DNA of 64,000 bases from Rhynchobatus australiae. Taxonomy: Eukaryota. The position numbers were made by a program, and so were the translations under genes. The notes below the pieces were generated by a model. That model saw only the letters and a list, made by a program, of their open reading frames with translations, made no database searches and had not been told where the DNA came from. The DNA is taken from positions 27,405,021-27,469,020 of the forward strand of contig JAUZTB010000127.1 of NCBI GenBank assembly GCA_034780895.1. The letters run 5' to 3'. Positions 37,805-48,810 of this stretch are shown in pieces. Numbering within the stretch: the stretch's first letter is position 1; each line of letters opens with the position of its first letter.

Positions 37805-39628
37805 CTTTTACACTGTTCATGGAAAGTGAGCGATCCCTGTCCATCACACTGGCACCAGGTTTGCCACTGTTGTCCTTCTGGCGGGCCACTGCCACTGCAA
37901 TCCCCACAGGTGGATGCCTCACTTCCACCTCGCCCTGCACTCCACTGCCCTCTCTCCCGAATGACTTTGCGCTCTCAGGCCTTTCTGGGTCTCTCTTGAG
38001 TTGTTTGTTCAGCTGCTGAAGCGGCAGGTGCTGTACCTTGGAAACGCTGTGCTGGCTGGAATCGGCCTTCATGTTCCCTAGCCCACCGAACGGGCTCTTC
38101 TTGCCGCTCCCAACCCGCCCTGCTGTCTCCTTAGCAAAGCTGCCGCTGTACTTTATTAAGCTTTGCATGGCTGAAACCTCACTGGGATTTCCCACTACGG
38201 CAGACCTTTGAAGGCTGGCTGGGTCCAGGAAAGCCTTCTTTTGTTCCTCCTCAGCTCGACTCACATGGTTATGCTGGGCTGCCAAGGCTGCCATTTGAGT
38301 GGTCGCGTAGGTTGCCATTTCAAATGGCTTCCACTTTGGCTCTGGAGTGCCAGAGCGCTTCAGCTGGGATTGCTCCAAGTGCAGCCTCGTAACATCTACC
38401 CCATTATAAACTTTACAAGAGTCCTTCAAGACAGACCTTTGGAATCTATCCCTCTCTTGGGTTCTGTGATCGACTTCAAAACCTGATCTCACTAAGTCTT
38501 TTGATGCGGCATTACTTGTGTGCAAGTCTCGACTCTCTGAAGGACTAAGGCCTGGCTTGTTCAAAAACAGTTCTGAAGTCATGGGCCTCTTTATTGCTAA
38601 AGAGTTGGACCTAATGACTGATCCTTCCTCCCTCATGTTTTCTGCCCTTTTGATATCTGCATGCACAGGCAAGTCTTGTGCAAGCATTAACCGGGAAGAT
38701 TCCACCAGCGTCCTTTCAGAAGAGGCTTGCAAAGTGCCTGCTCTGTCCCCAGAAGTTCTATTGATGTCTTTCTCTTTATTTTTGTCACTTTTGTTGTCTC
38801 TGGCCTGAGAAGCTATTTGAATGGGCCCATTTCTGTCCTCATAAAATCCAACTGAAGGCACAAAGGTAGGTGCAATCACTTTATGTTCCTTTCCCGGCTC
38901 CCTGGCAGTGGGGTATATTGTGTAGATACTGGAATGAACAGGAAGAGGGGGGAATGTGCTGGAAGGTGGCATCCGGGCTGTTTGAGAAGAATGGGGTGAT
39001 GGACAGCCACAGGAGACATGCAAAGTGCCAACCGAAGTCACGACTGAGTCACACTTCCGGGTCTTTTCCGTGTGAGCATGCAGCAGAGGTCTCATGTTCT
39101 CATCATGTTTCATGGAGTCTTTGGAGCATCTGTCCTGTTCACTGCCCGCAAGCCTTAACGAAGAACTGGAATCACTGTTACAATTACTGAGAGATAAGGT
39201 CTGTAGGGGGTTTTTAGACTTTGGTTCTCCATTGCCAGTCCCTCGGTTGGGAGAGTGATTGTTAAGAACTGTGGAGAGATGGTCACCAATCTTGATGGGT
39301 TTATCAAGAAGGTGCATCCTCCTGTCGTTTTCATTCCGAACGTCTTGTGTGAGGTCCACCACACTCCTAGGCCTGGATTCTTCCCTGGGCTTATCCTTCT
39401 CTTTTTTGGCCATATTCACATTTACCTCAGTCCTGTAGATTTTCTCTTTAGAGTCTTTGCTGAGATACCTCTCAGACTCTTTTGCACTTTTGTGAGGGTG
39501 ACATATTTCTTTCTCTCGTAGAACAGAACCTGGCGTGTGACTGGATGAGGTCCTTGGGATGGTAGTTGGAGGGTTTGCTGTGCCATGAAGGGATGATTGT
39601 CCTGCATGGCTGGGGAAATAGTATCCAT
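37805..39628 (-). CDS. TNRC18: TNRC18 large coding exon, 1824 nt, phase 1-1 (DGYYFPSH...SLSMNSVK)
   Basis: Acceptor ctcttattacag|AT; donor AAAG|gtaagg; in frame with ORF 37731..39419; contains KVIAPTFVPSV, WKPFEM, SAMQSLIKYSGSF, EVRHPPVGIAVAVARQKD. Confidence 0.93.
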
Positions 39629-39719
39629 CTGTAATAAGAGAGGAATAAATACACAGAGGTTAATCCAACAGAAACGGCAACAGTTCAGTTGCTACACATG
39701 GAATTGAAGTGGAGGATGG

Positions 39720-39856
39720 TGGAAGTGCTCAATAGGTTGGACCGCACCTGTGGAAAGAGGACTGGAGTCCTTCAGGTCGACGGCTTTTCATTAACAGACT
39801 TCTGAAAAATAGCAGTGACCTGAAACATAACTCAGGTTCTCTCTCCACTGATTCTG
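39720..39856. mobile_element. strongly degenerate palindromic Penelope-type repeat
   Basis: gtgctcaataggttggaccgcacctgtggaaagag...ttcaggtcga and tgacctgaaacataactc...tctctccac; homologous to 31075-31294. Confidence 0.5.
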
Positions 39857-39889
39857 ACAACAACACTTCTGGTCCCATTGGAGAGATTT

Positions 39890-40140
39890 AAATTAAATTA
39901 AAATTTAAATTTTATTAACAGTGTGGTAACAGGCCCTTCCGGCCCAACGAGTCCACACCGCCCATTTTAAACCCGAAATTAACCTACCCATACGTCTTTG
40001 GAATGTGGGAGCAAACTGGAGCACCAGGAGGAAACCCACGTAGACACGGGAGAACGTACAAACTCCTTACAGGCAGTAACAGGAATCGAACCCCGATCAC
40101 TGGTGCTGTAATAGCGTCGCACTAACTGCTATGCTACCAT
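39890..40140 (-). mobile_element. V-SINE copy, relatively young
   Basis: ttaacctacccatacgtctttggaatgtgggagcaaactggagcaccaggaggaaacccacg...gagaacgtacaaactcc; box-B-like atcgaacccc; (aattt)-type tail; retains CpGs. Confidence 0.75.
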
Positions 40141-40149
40141 AATGGTTCT

Positions 40150-40560
40150 GATAATGAGGGCTTTTGGCCACAAGGATAAACTGAAGAAGTCAGGGGGTAT
40201 CTCCTTACATCAAAGGAAGTTGACAGGACACTTGACAGGACACATATCAGTAGGCCTACAAGATCCTGACCAGTTTAGATAGGGTAAATGGAGGAAAGTT
40301 ATCCTCATCAGTAGATTCAAGGAGCAGGGGCAAAAATTTCAAATTTTGGGCAAAGGACGGGGATGTGGGGGAAACAGCTTTATTCAGAGAGTAGCAATGA
40401 TCTGGAATTCACTGCCTATAAGGATCAATAGGGGGTTTCCAAGAGGGAATTGGACAGGTGCTTGAGGGAAATTAATTTAGAAAGTTAGAATAAATGAAAG
40501 GGGAAATGACACTGACTGACATAGACCTGATGGGCTAGAGGACCTTCCTTCTATGACCTT
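40150..40560 (+). mobile_element. degenerate CR1 3' fragment
   Basis: tattcagagagtagcaatgatctggaattcactgcct...agggaattggacagg...catagacctgatgggctagaggaccttccttct. Confidence 0.55.
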
Positions 40561-43500
40561 ACACAGCATCTTTATAGCGGTGAAATATCCACAGCTGTTT
40601 CACAAAAGTAATGAGCAAATGAGAATACATTGTGTCCATAGAGTTGGCTGTCTTGTTGAATAAGAACCTAAATGTTAGTCTGACTTATTGACTTCCTCCA
40701 GTCTCTGCAAAACCAGTCTGGGTCTATTAAATTGAGAGTCCCTTCCACCTTATTCCAACTTAGGAATCTATTAGTCGGACTGATTCATCTCAGAGCCTGC
40801 TGAGTACCACAAGCGTACTTGCTTCCCCATGTGCTGACCCTTGGCTGAACATTAGTGAGTCACAACCCACAAACTGCGTGTGGTATCAACCCTGAAGGAC
40901 ACACACAACCCTGCTATATGTTTATCAGTGTTGTTTTTAAACAAAAGGTTTCAATTTTAAAGATGGATGAGTTCCTGCAAGAGCAAGTAGATTAAAAATT
41001 AGGTTCAAAATGATTTGAAATCATTAAGAATCAGACTACCACACCTAAAAACATTTTAAACCATTGGTTATTTGGCATCAATAGATTGTATTAATTGTGA
41101 AGAATGATATTCATATTCCGTTGGGCTGTTCAGTAGATTGATGCATTCCTTCTCTACAAAAAAAAAATTGGACCAGTTATCAAGGCATGGCATTGATTAA
41201 TGACCACGGGTGAAGTTCACAGCCCAGATAATCCCACTATCCTTGCTGAGGGACATACAAAATACAGGAGGCAGATACAAACTCCAGCCATTAAAAGCAG
41301 CTCCTGAGTTTGAATGTAATGGAACACAGACAACTGGATTTCCATCTTCCTCCTTGTCGGATTTACTGGGAAGGCTCATACTTAGTACATGCCTGTATCC
41401 TGGGATGTGTGTAACAAATGATTAATCAAGGATAACTCATGTCTTTAAGCTGCCTGACCAACACTAAGTCAGTGATGGATGTGATGCATTTGCTTTCATA
41501 CCAGCAGTTAGGCTTCCAATAAATCTCCTGCCAAATTGGAGTCTTCAGAAAGAGAAGTACAGTCAATTCCGGGAAAAATCATACTTGATGGAAGTGCATA
41601 GATCCACGGAGTGAGTTCCCAATCACTCTTAATAAGGTTTGCAGAAATAGTGATCCAAGTATAAAGGGTAGAAATTGGTGGGCATTGTGCTTGTTTATTG
41701 GGAATCATATGGATCACAGGTTCAACCAATTCAATGGTCAGACATTCAGCAGCCATTCTGCACAGGTTCAGGTTGCATGGGGGCCCCTTTGTTTAGGCAT
41801 TTGGGCGACACCTGTACTGGGTTGCATGAAAATGTAAATTAGGGGCTCAACACCTATTAAGTAACACATTTCTACAATTAATGAGAAATTCCACACACTG
41901 GATTCTTCAGACACCAACAAAAAGTATTTTTTTATTTGAAAATTGTGGGGTCTTTTTTGAAAATCGAAGAAAGAAGAAATGTTCCCATGATCCAATTCCA
42001 TCCCTGGGACTACCCAGGCCCCTCCCCTCCCCACAGAAGGAACTAGAGGGCTGCTTCTGGCATAGAAACAACTCAAAATTGAGATCCACTTTGCTGCTCA
42101 GCTGCGTGGTGATATGCGAGCAGGCAACCACAGTTTGTTGGCCTAATTTAGTTGGGAGTCTAAGGCCCAATATTAGTCAGGCCTCAGGCCTACCTGTTCC
42201 AATGCAGTCATTGTTTTCATGATCCCAGTTCATGCCTGCAAGCCTGTGCTGTGCAATTCCCTACTTTGTAAGGCTCACATTCTAATGATGCAAAAATACC
42301 ATTTAGATCCAATTATCTGCTGCTTCAGTATGTGTGGTGTATAAATGACATGGTTTTCAGCCTGTCATCTAAGGAGACCTACACAACCTACTCTAATTTT
42401 GAATGAAAACAGAAAGTGCTGGAAATCTACATGTCTATGGGAGAGACAAGTAATCTCAAGGGTGCCAGCGAAATGTTAACCAATCATTCTCATTCTCTTA
42501 CTGACACATGTGCCTTGTCTTCAGCATTTAACGTGTTGATTTTTTTTCCACCTTCTGCAGAGAAATATTCAAAATGCACATTTTGATTCAGCAAAATGGG
42601 GGGAGAATTGTGAATGCCAACTAAGATCAAAGGTATTAGCTATGACACCTTTTTAATTTGAAAATAATAAAAAGGGAAAGAAAAATTTTTAAGGCAAACA
42701 CATCAGTAGATGGTACCATCCAGCAGATATTCACTTCATTCATTGGATCACTTTTTATGAAGTCGGGTTTATGAAATATTCTGAAGTAGAATACCTTAAT
42801 AGATCTTGGCATGCGCTCCCAATGAGAAACAAAATGACTAAACAGCACAAATACACATGGCCCTGTACATATATCATTTGGGAAAGATATCCACATTATC
42901 GTGACTCTCAACAGAATGAAAGTACCTTCAGTAAGGTGCCATTGCTACCTGTGGAGGTAGATCACAACTGACCCACCTTAAACAGGTTTCATTATGAAAG
43001 CATTCCAAAAAGTTTTAAAAATAACAAGCAGAACAAGTAAAAACTTTGCAGAGCTTGATTAGCTTTACATTTGTCCCCGAAGTATATAACAAACATCATA
43101 CAGAATCAAAAGAGGCCATTAGATCTCCTTCTTTAAGTAGACATAGCAAAATCTGCACTAATGAAATCACTTCTCCAACTTATTTAATTTCCTGTGGAGA
43201 TCCGGCTGATCATAGGATTGGCTTCCAACATGTTGATGCTCTGCTAAATTTCATTGTGACTTATATTCCCCAAAGTCATTCAGTAGGATCCCATGACATT
43301 TACATTACAATCCATATTAATTGACCCTTACCAATTACATTCCCAATCATCCCAAAGGACTAGAGCAACAATGTCCCAAGTGATCTACTTAATTATTTTC
43401 ATACAGACCTAATGTGAACCTCTGTGTTCCCCAATTCAATTCAAAACCGGTTATATATTAAAATCCTTTGCAAATGAATTAAGTTAATAGTGTTAAAAGA

Positions 43501-44124
43501 ACAAGTACATGGGTTCATAGGTATATAAAAGAGCAATGTAACCCATGTACGTTGTTCTTTTATATACCTGGGAATCCTTTCAGGCAATATCTTTATCCAT
43601 ACATAAAACTTGCTTAAAAATTTTATTCAAGTACTTATGATTAAATAATCTGCTTGCAACAACATACTCCATTATTTGCAGCATTTCAAACTTAGACTAT
43701 ATCCTATTCCAATCTTTCTGTATTCAATAAAAGCAAAGTAAGAAATATTAATGCAAAATTATAAATTATTCATCTCATTAACTTCCTCACTTTGCTACAT
43801 GAACCAAGGCTTCTTGGACACAAAGTCAGTTCCATAATGTAAAATTTGTAAACTAGAATTATTGTGTTGGGCTTATGAGCTAAGAATGGAAATAGATATT
43901 TCTTAAAACACTAATTAAAAAATGTAACCAGAAGTGAATACCAACAACAACATTAAGTGATTGAGAGGCCTGGGTCCATTATTCTGCCATTGCAGAGCAA
44001 TTCATAAACCAAACACTATCTGTTCAAAGTACCAATGGATTAGCTCCCCAGTATTAGATTAGCTTGATGTACAAAAGAGACAAACAATGAAATGAGGATA
44101 TATCAGCAGATAGTAGGCACTGAC

Positions 44125-44250
44125 CTTTCTGAGAGTCGAACAGGCTGTGTTGGCTGAGCTGGGCTAGAATGGGGCTGCCAGTGCTTGGGTGCTCAAGGTG
44201 ACTGATGGGAATATAAGGAGGATAAAGGCTACTTGGCAAGTGTGAATAAC
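44125..44250 (-). CDS. TNRC18: TNRC18 coding exon, 126 nt, phase 1-1 (GYSHLPSSLYPPY...SLFDSQK)
   Basis: Acceptor tttgcag|GT; donor AAAG|gtcagt; lies in ORF 44054..44302. Confidence 0.9.
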
Positions 44251-44399
44251 CTGCAAAAGTAAAGAAAAAAATATTACTCATGCATGACATGACATGTATC
44301 ATTCAAGTTTAACATTAATACATTTCAGTTTCGTGTTATGCAAAAAACAGAGTTTATTTTAAGAACAAGATTGGAGTCCTATTTTAAGTTCTGATGCTT

Positions 44400-44935
44400 T
44401 ACAAGCTAAGGAAAGAAGTTGTATGTAACTGTGCCTTTCACATCTTCAGAACACTTTAAAGTGTTTAACACCTAATGGAATACTACTGAAGTGCAGTTAC
44501 TGATGCAATGTAGAAAATACGCCAAGCAACTTAACTTCCATGAACAGCAATGTGATAATAGTGAGAGAAACTGTTATTAATGAATTTGTGCAGGGGGACA
44601 ACCAGGATATTGGTCCTAGGGTGGTAGATCCAGTAGTAGTAGCAATTTATCTGTGTTGTTTGTGCCAAAGGTGTGATGCTGAATTCTGCTACTGAAATTT
44701 GGTTCTATTCCAGTCAATGAAACTGAATGTTCAATGCATCAATGTCACAGTACATGTCTACTGCATACAACAGAACAAAGTTCTACACTGACTCCCCTAT
44801 ATTCACCAGAGGGAGAAGATGGGCCTTAAGTTTAACAAATAATCCAAATGGCAGCACTTCCAGTAGTGCAGCATCTTCTCAGACTGCACTGGAGTGACAG
44901 CTTGGATTTTATGCTCAAATTTCAGAAGTGGAACA
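44400..44935 (-). mobile_element. DeuSINE-like copy
   Basis: gtgcagttactgatgcaatgtagaaa...aacagcaatgtgataat...gcagcacttccagtagtgcagcatc...actgcactggagtgacagcttggatt. Confidence 0.6.
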
Positions 44936-45714
44936 GTTTGGGAGATTTACAATTAACAAAATGCACTTGAGCACCAGCAGTTGAGCTTGCAACAAAACAA
45001 AAGCTTCAGCTAAGAATGGCATAGATTAAACTCCAGGTGCAGTAAAAAAATGTTCCAATTTTCTGGTTCACTTCTTAAAACAGGGAGATGGAAAATGACT
45101 GTTCCCCCGCCCTGCTCCCCCCAAGGTAAAGTTAACTGCTGCAAATGCAAAATTTGGTAAGCTTTCTGACAAAAACATTTCCCTCATACTTAACTCTTCA
45201 GTTTCTTCAACAATCTGTAATAATTTGCCTTGTAAAAGTTAAACTGGTAAAAGGAGATTTTTTTGGCGGGGGATGGTGGCTGCGGCTTAGTGAGGAACAA
45301 GGTAGGTGTATCCACAAAGCAGGCAATTCACAGATTGCATTTTTCCCATGCACATGGTAATCACGTTAACATGAAGCTTTTCAGTAATACTAATTAGGCA
45401 CTTTGTCAAACCTGCCAATAGAGTGATATCTGCAGTGGAGCCCAGATAATGGAAGCAGGGGTACATGAAGGCCAGAAGTTCAAAGGTTAGGTCCCAAGGC
45501 TTAAATAAGTATTTAGTAAGAGTCAGAGCAAATGTTTAACATCAGCCATTTCCAAAGCACACACGAGACTCAACAGGGGCTTTCTTTGATCTCAGTGGAA
45601 TTACTTGCAGGGGTTTACAAGATCATCTTGTCAGTTCATTGAGGTGTACAAAATGCCTACACACAAGAAATGGAGCACAATTTTTTTTAAATTCATTTAT
45701 CAAGATCCATGGTG

Positions 45715-46000
45715 AGACCACTGAAGACCTGGATTTACGACCATCCCTCATTCCCCTAAGGAGGCAGTGCTGGTAAGCCATCTCCTTGAGCCACTGCAGA
45801 TCTACTGCTGATGGTTTTCCCACAGTGCTGTCGGGCTGAGCAATGAAGATAATATATTTCTGAGTCAGGGTTGATGAGTGATTGGAAAGGAATCCCTGGG
45901 TGCTGGTGTTCTAGTATGCCTTCCGCCAATGTCCTACTTGGGTTTGGGAAGTGCTGCCAGAGCAGCCTAGCTGAGAAACAGTAGTGCACCATCTTCATTT
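45715..46000 (-). mobile_element. CR1-like LINE 3' fragment (second tail type)
   Basis: ccatccctcattcccctaaggaggcagtgctggtaagccatctccttgagccactgcag; reverse of tails at 48810-48900 and 63330-63395. Confidence 0.55.
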
Positions 46001-46479
46001 GTTCTTCAAAGATAAATTCAGTGACGGGCTAACAGCACCAGCAAATCTTGCTCTATTCATTAACATCTCCACACCAAATAAATCAACAGAGCTCTGCTCC
46101 CACATTTCCAGTTTTTGCCTCATTTTGGCTATACAATCCACCCAGTTCTTGGTGATGTCCCAGGTCCTCTGAACCAGATTCCCAGCACCTTCAGATATTT
46201 AGACTTGATAGTGAAGGGAACAAAGGATCAATCAGGCCAGTTCCCAAAAAACACCACAAAAAAACATGGCTTTTGCTATGATTGACTCTGGGCCTTGAGG
46301 CTAGTTCAGACTGCTTATCATTACACACACCAAAACACTGCTTATTCAAACTAGGCAGCTACATCCAACCAACCTTGGTCAGGAAACTGCTGGGCCCTCA
46401 TGGGTTCCAGTTCTAAGAATCAGACTTTTAGAATCACTGGAACTTTGTAAAACAGGTTTCTGATGTACAGAGTGCTCAA

Positions 46480-46910
46480 TTCTGGATGTTACACTTTAAG
46501 AAAGACATCAAATCTATGGCAAGACTGCTGATATTTATGAGGATAGTTCAAGGGATGATGGACAAAATAATTTGATATAAATCTTCTTAGAATGCAAAAG
46601 GGCTATAGGTAAATTTAATTGATGTATCCAAAATTATGAACAGTCCTGAAGGATTTAGTAAAATGAAAGCACTTTTGCAGGTGAGACAGCAATAGATGAG
46701 AAAGATTGGGGAAAAAAACACAATGGAGATGAGAATATCTTTTACATAATAAACTACTATGACCTGCAATACAATGCATAAGAGTGTGAAAGCAGATTTA
46801 AAAGAAAATTGTAGAAAGGAAAAAAACGACGTAACCAAAGGGAAAAGGCCTGAGTGTGAGATTAAACTGGACAGCTCTTTCAAGGAAACTGCAATATGAT
46901 TCCATGAGTT
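46480..46910 (+). mobile_element. degenerate CR1 3' fragment
   Basis: aattctggatgttacactttaagaaagacatc...gggattag-like tail with ctggacagctctttcaaggaa. Confidence 0.45.
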
Positions 46911-47228
46911 TTTTTTGAGCAAGTTTGTCTGATGTGTGTTTCAAAAGTTAGCACACTGTCCCCTGAGAGTTGAATATCTTGGCATTTAATGAATAGCATA
47001 AATTAGGCGCATTAACTGATCCAAAACTAAATTAATAATTAACTCACAGACAAATAGGAATGGGGCAGGGGATATTCATCCAGGGATCATCGCTGCCAAA
47101 GGATTTTCCATACATACCACACTTCGTCATCTAAACTGGAGTGTGTATATAAGATTCTATTTGGAAAACCCCGTAGGAGCGCAGGGTTTTCCAGAACAAA
47201 ACTGAAAAATTACCTAAAACAAGTCAAA

Positions 47229-47345
47229 AACCTGTAAGTGCTGGAAATGATGAAGGGTATTCAACCTGAAACATTAACTGTATTTCTCCTTCCACAGATG
47301 CTGCCTGACCTGCTGAGTTTTTCCAGCATTTTCTGTTTTTATTTT
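47229..47345 (+). mobile_element. Penelope-type repeat arm with near-intact hammerhead core
   Basis: aTGATGA-agggtattcaacct-GAAAC-attaactg...tccacagatgctgcctgacctgctgagtttttccagcattttctgtttttattt. Confidence 0.65.
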
Positions 47346-48479
47346 ATATGAAATCACCTAGGAATTTTACCTCACTTGCTTCAAGATTCAACCTTTATGA
47401 AGAGCAGAGTGCCTGAAGCTATCAGACTCTGCTAGCCTGCATTCCATCTTCAGGCTATGCTCATCTCTCTGTACGTCAGGGTGGGGAGATGCATCTGATC
47501 AGAGACGAGAGCAGCCTTTGCATATACATTTGGGAATCAGATTAAATTTAAAAATGAGTAGCTTTTACACTTGCATTTGTAAAGAAAACTTGGTTTACAA
47601 ATCAGCATGTGCATATTTTTAAAAGAGATTATAAAGGCAGTCGACAGTCACATAAAGGTGCCCAAAAAGCAAGACCCATTTCTCTGAGAACATTACCATG
47701 AGACTCCAAGTGCAGGTAATAAATCACAGTGTGCCAGATGTTTCAGATCATGCGATAAAATGTTGCATGAATCAGCAGCTCAGGAAGACAAGCTTGAGGT
47801 TTAGGATTTCACGAATCATTTTAAATCTTCACTGATTAAATACCAATTTAAGGAGACTTGATCATCTGCGAGAGTGCTTTGCAAATACAGGCAATTTTCT
47901 TCTGCTAACATATCAGGTGAGGTTCAAACAGCACATCACAAATTTTCTCAATGTTTTTTCAATGGTGGGACAACCTCAAATAGGGCACAAAAATTAACCA
48001 TTCAGCCCATTATGCCTATGGCAGCTCTTTGAAAGAACAATGATTTCCAATTTTTTGCTCTTTTGCCTGTAACCATTTCATTTTCAATAAATGTACTGTC
48101 ACATGGCATAACTCAGGTAAACAACATGATGTATCTGAGTGGAAAATGGCTCCCTTGTATGTGTTTAACTCTCTTTTGAAAGTTACTGTTTAACCTGGTT
48201 GCTCTAACTCTTCAGGCAATGTATTCTAGATCATGACTACTTGCCGCAGAAAGAAAACTTATCATTTCTCCTGAATTTCCAGTTAGCAATTCCCATCAGT
48301 GGAAAAAAGGAATTGGAACTTGTTACTGCCTCACACACTAATTGTGTGACATGGGAGTTTAGGTCTCTGCTCTGTGGAGATCATTCCCATTCTCTGGTTT
48401 CCCCACGCAACTGAAAGCTCTCGTCCACTCATTCATCATCGTTCAGTGAAAATCCTGGAACTTCTTAAATAACACCAAA

Positions 48480-48810
48480 AGAGGTCGACTTTGGTATAAG
48501 TCTGTATCCCGACCCAAATCTAACTATGGCCAATCTGAACCCAATCTGACTCTGAATACTTACATATGCAACCCAACCTTCACTCTAAATACAGCAATTT
48601 CAAACATGCCATTCTTCTGTTATAGAGGATGAAATCTAATTAATCAAGTACAGAGGATTCATCGTAAGAATATCATCATGAGCTGGATATAATACTGAAC
48701 CAAGTCAACATGCAATGGCTTAATTTGGTCTGGCCTGAAATGAATATGGACCCAACCTGACACATACAGTCGGCTGCCAACAGGCCTGGGTCAGATAGCC
48801 ACACTCCATA
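48480..48810. mobile_element. possible non-autonomous DNA transposon relic
   Basis: Repeated ccgacccaa/ctgaacccaa motifs on the left and complementary gtcggc...gggtcagatag on the right. Confidence 0.3.

Noticed and set aside
37753-39521. Plus-strand ORFs overlapping the large exon
   Set aside because: Antisense shadows of the TNRC18 coding sequence.
40220-40243. Tandem duplication (ttgacaggacac)x2
   Set aside because: Ordinary slippage duplication inside a dead CR1 fragment.
47370-47520. Possible alternative first exon ending at GAG|gtaaaa
   Set aside because: Both nearby ATG frames hit stops before the donor and there are no promoter features.
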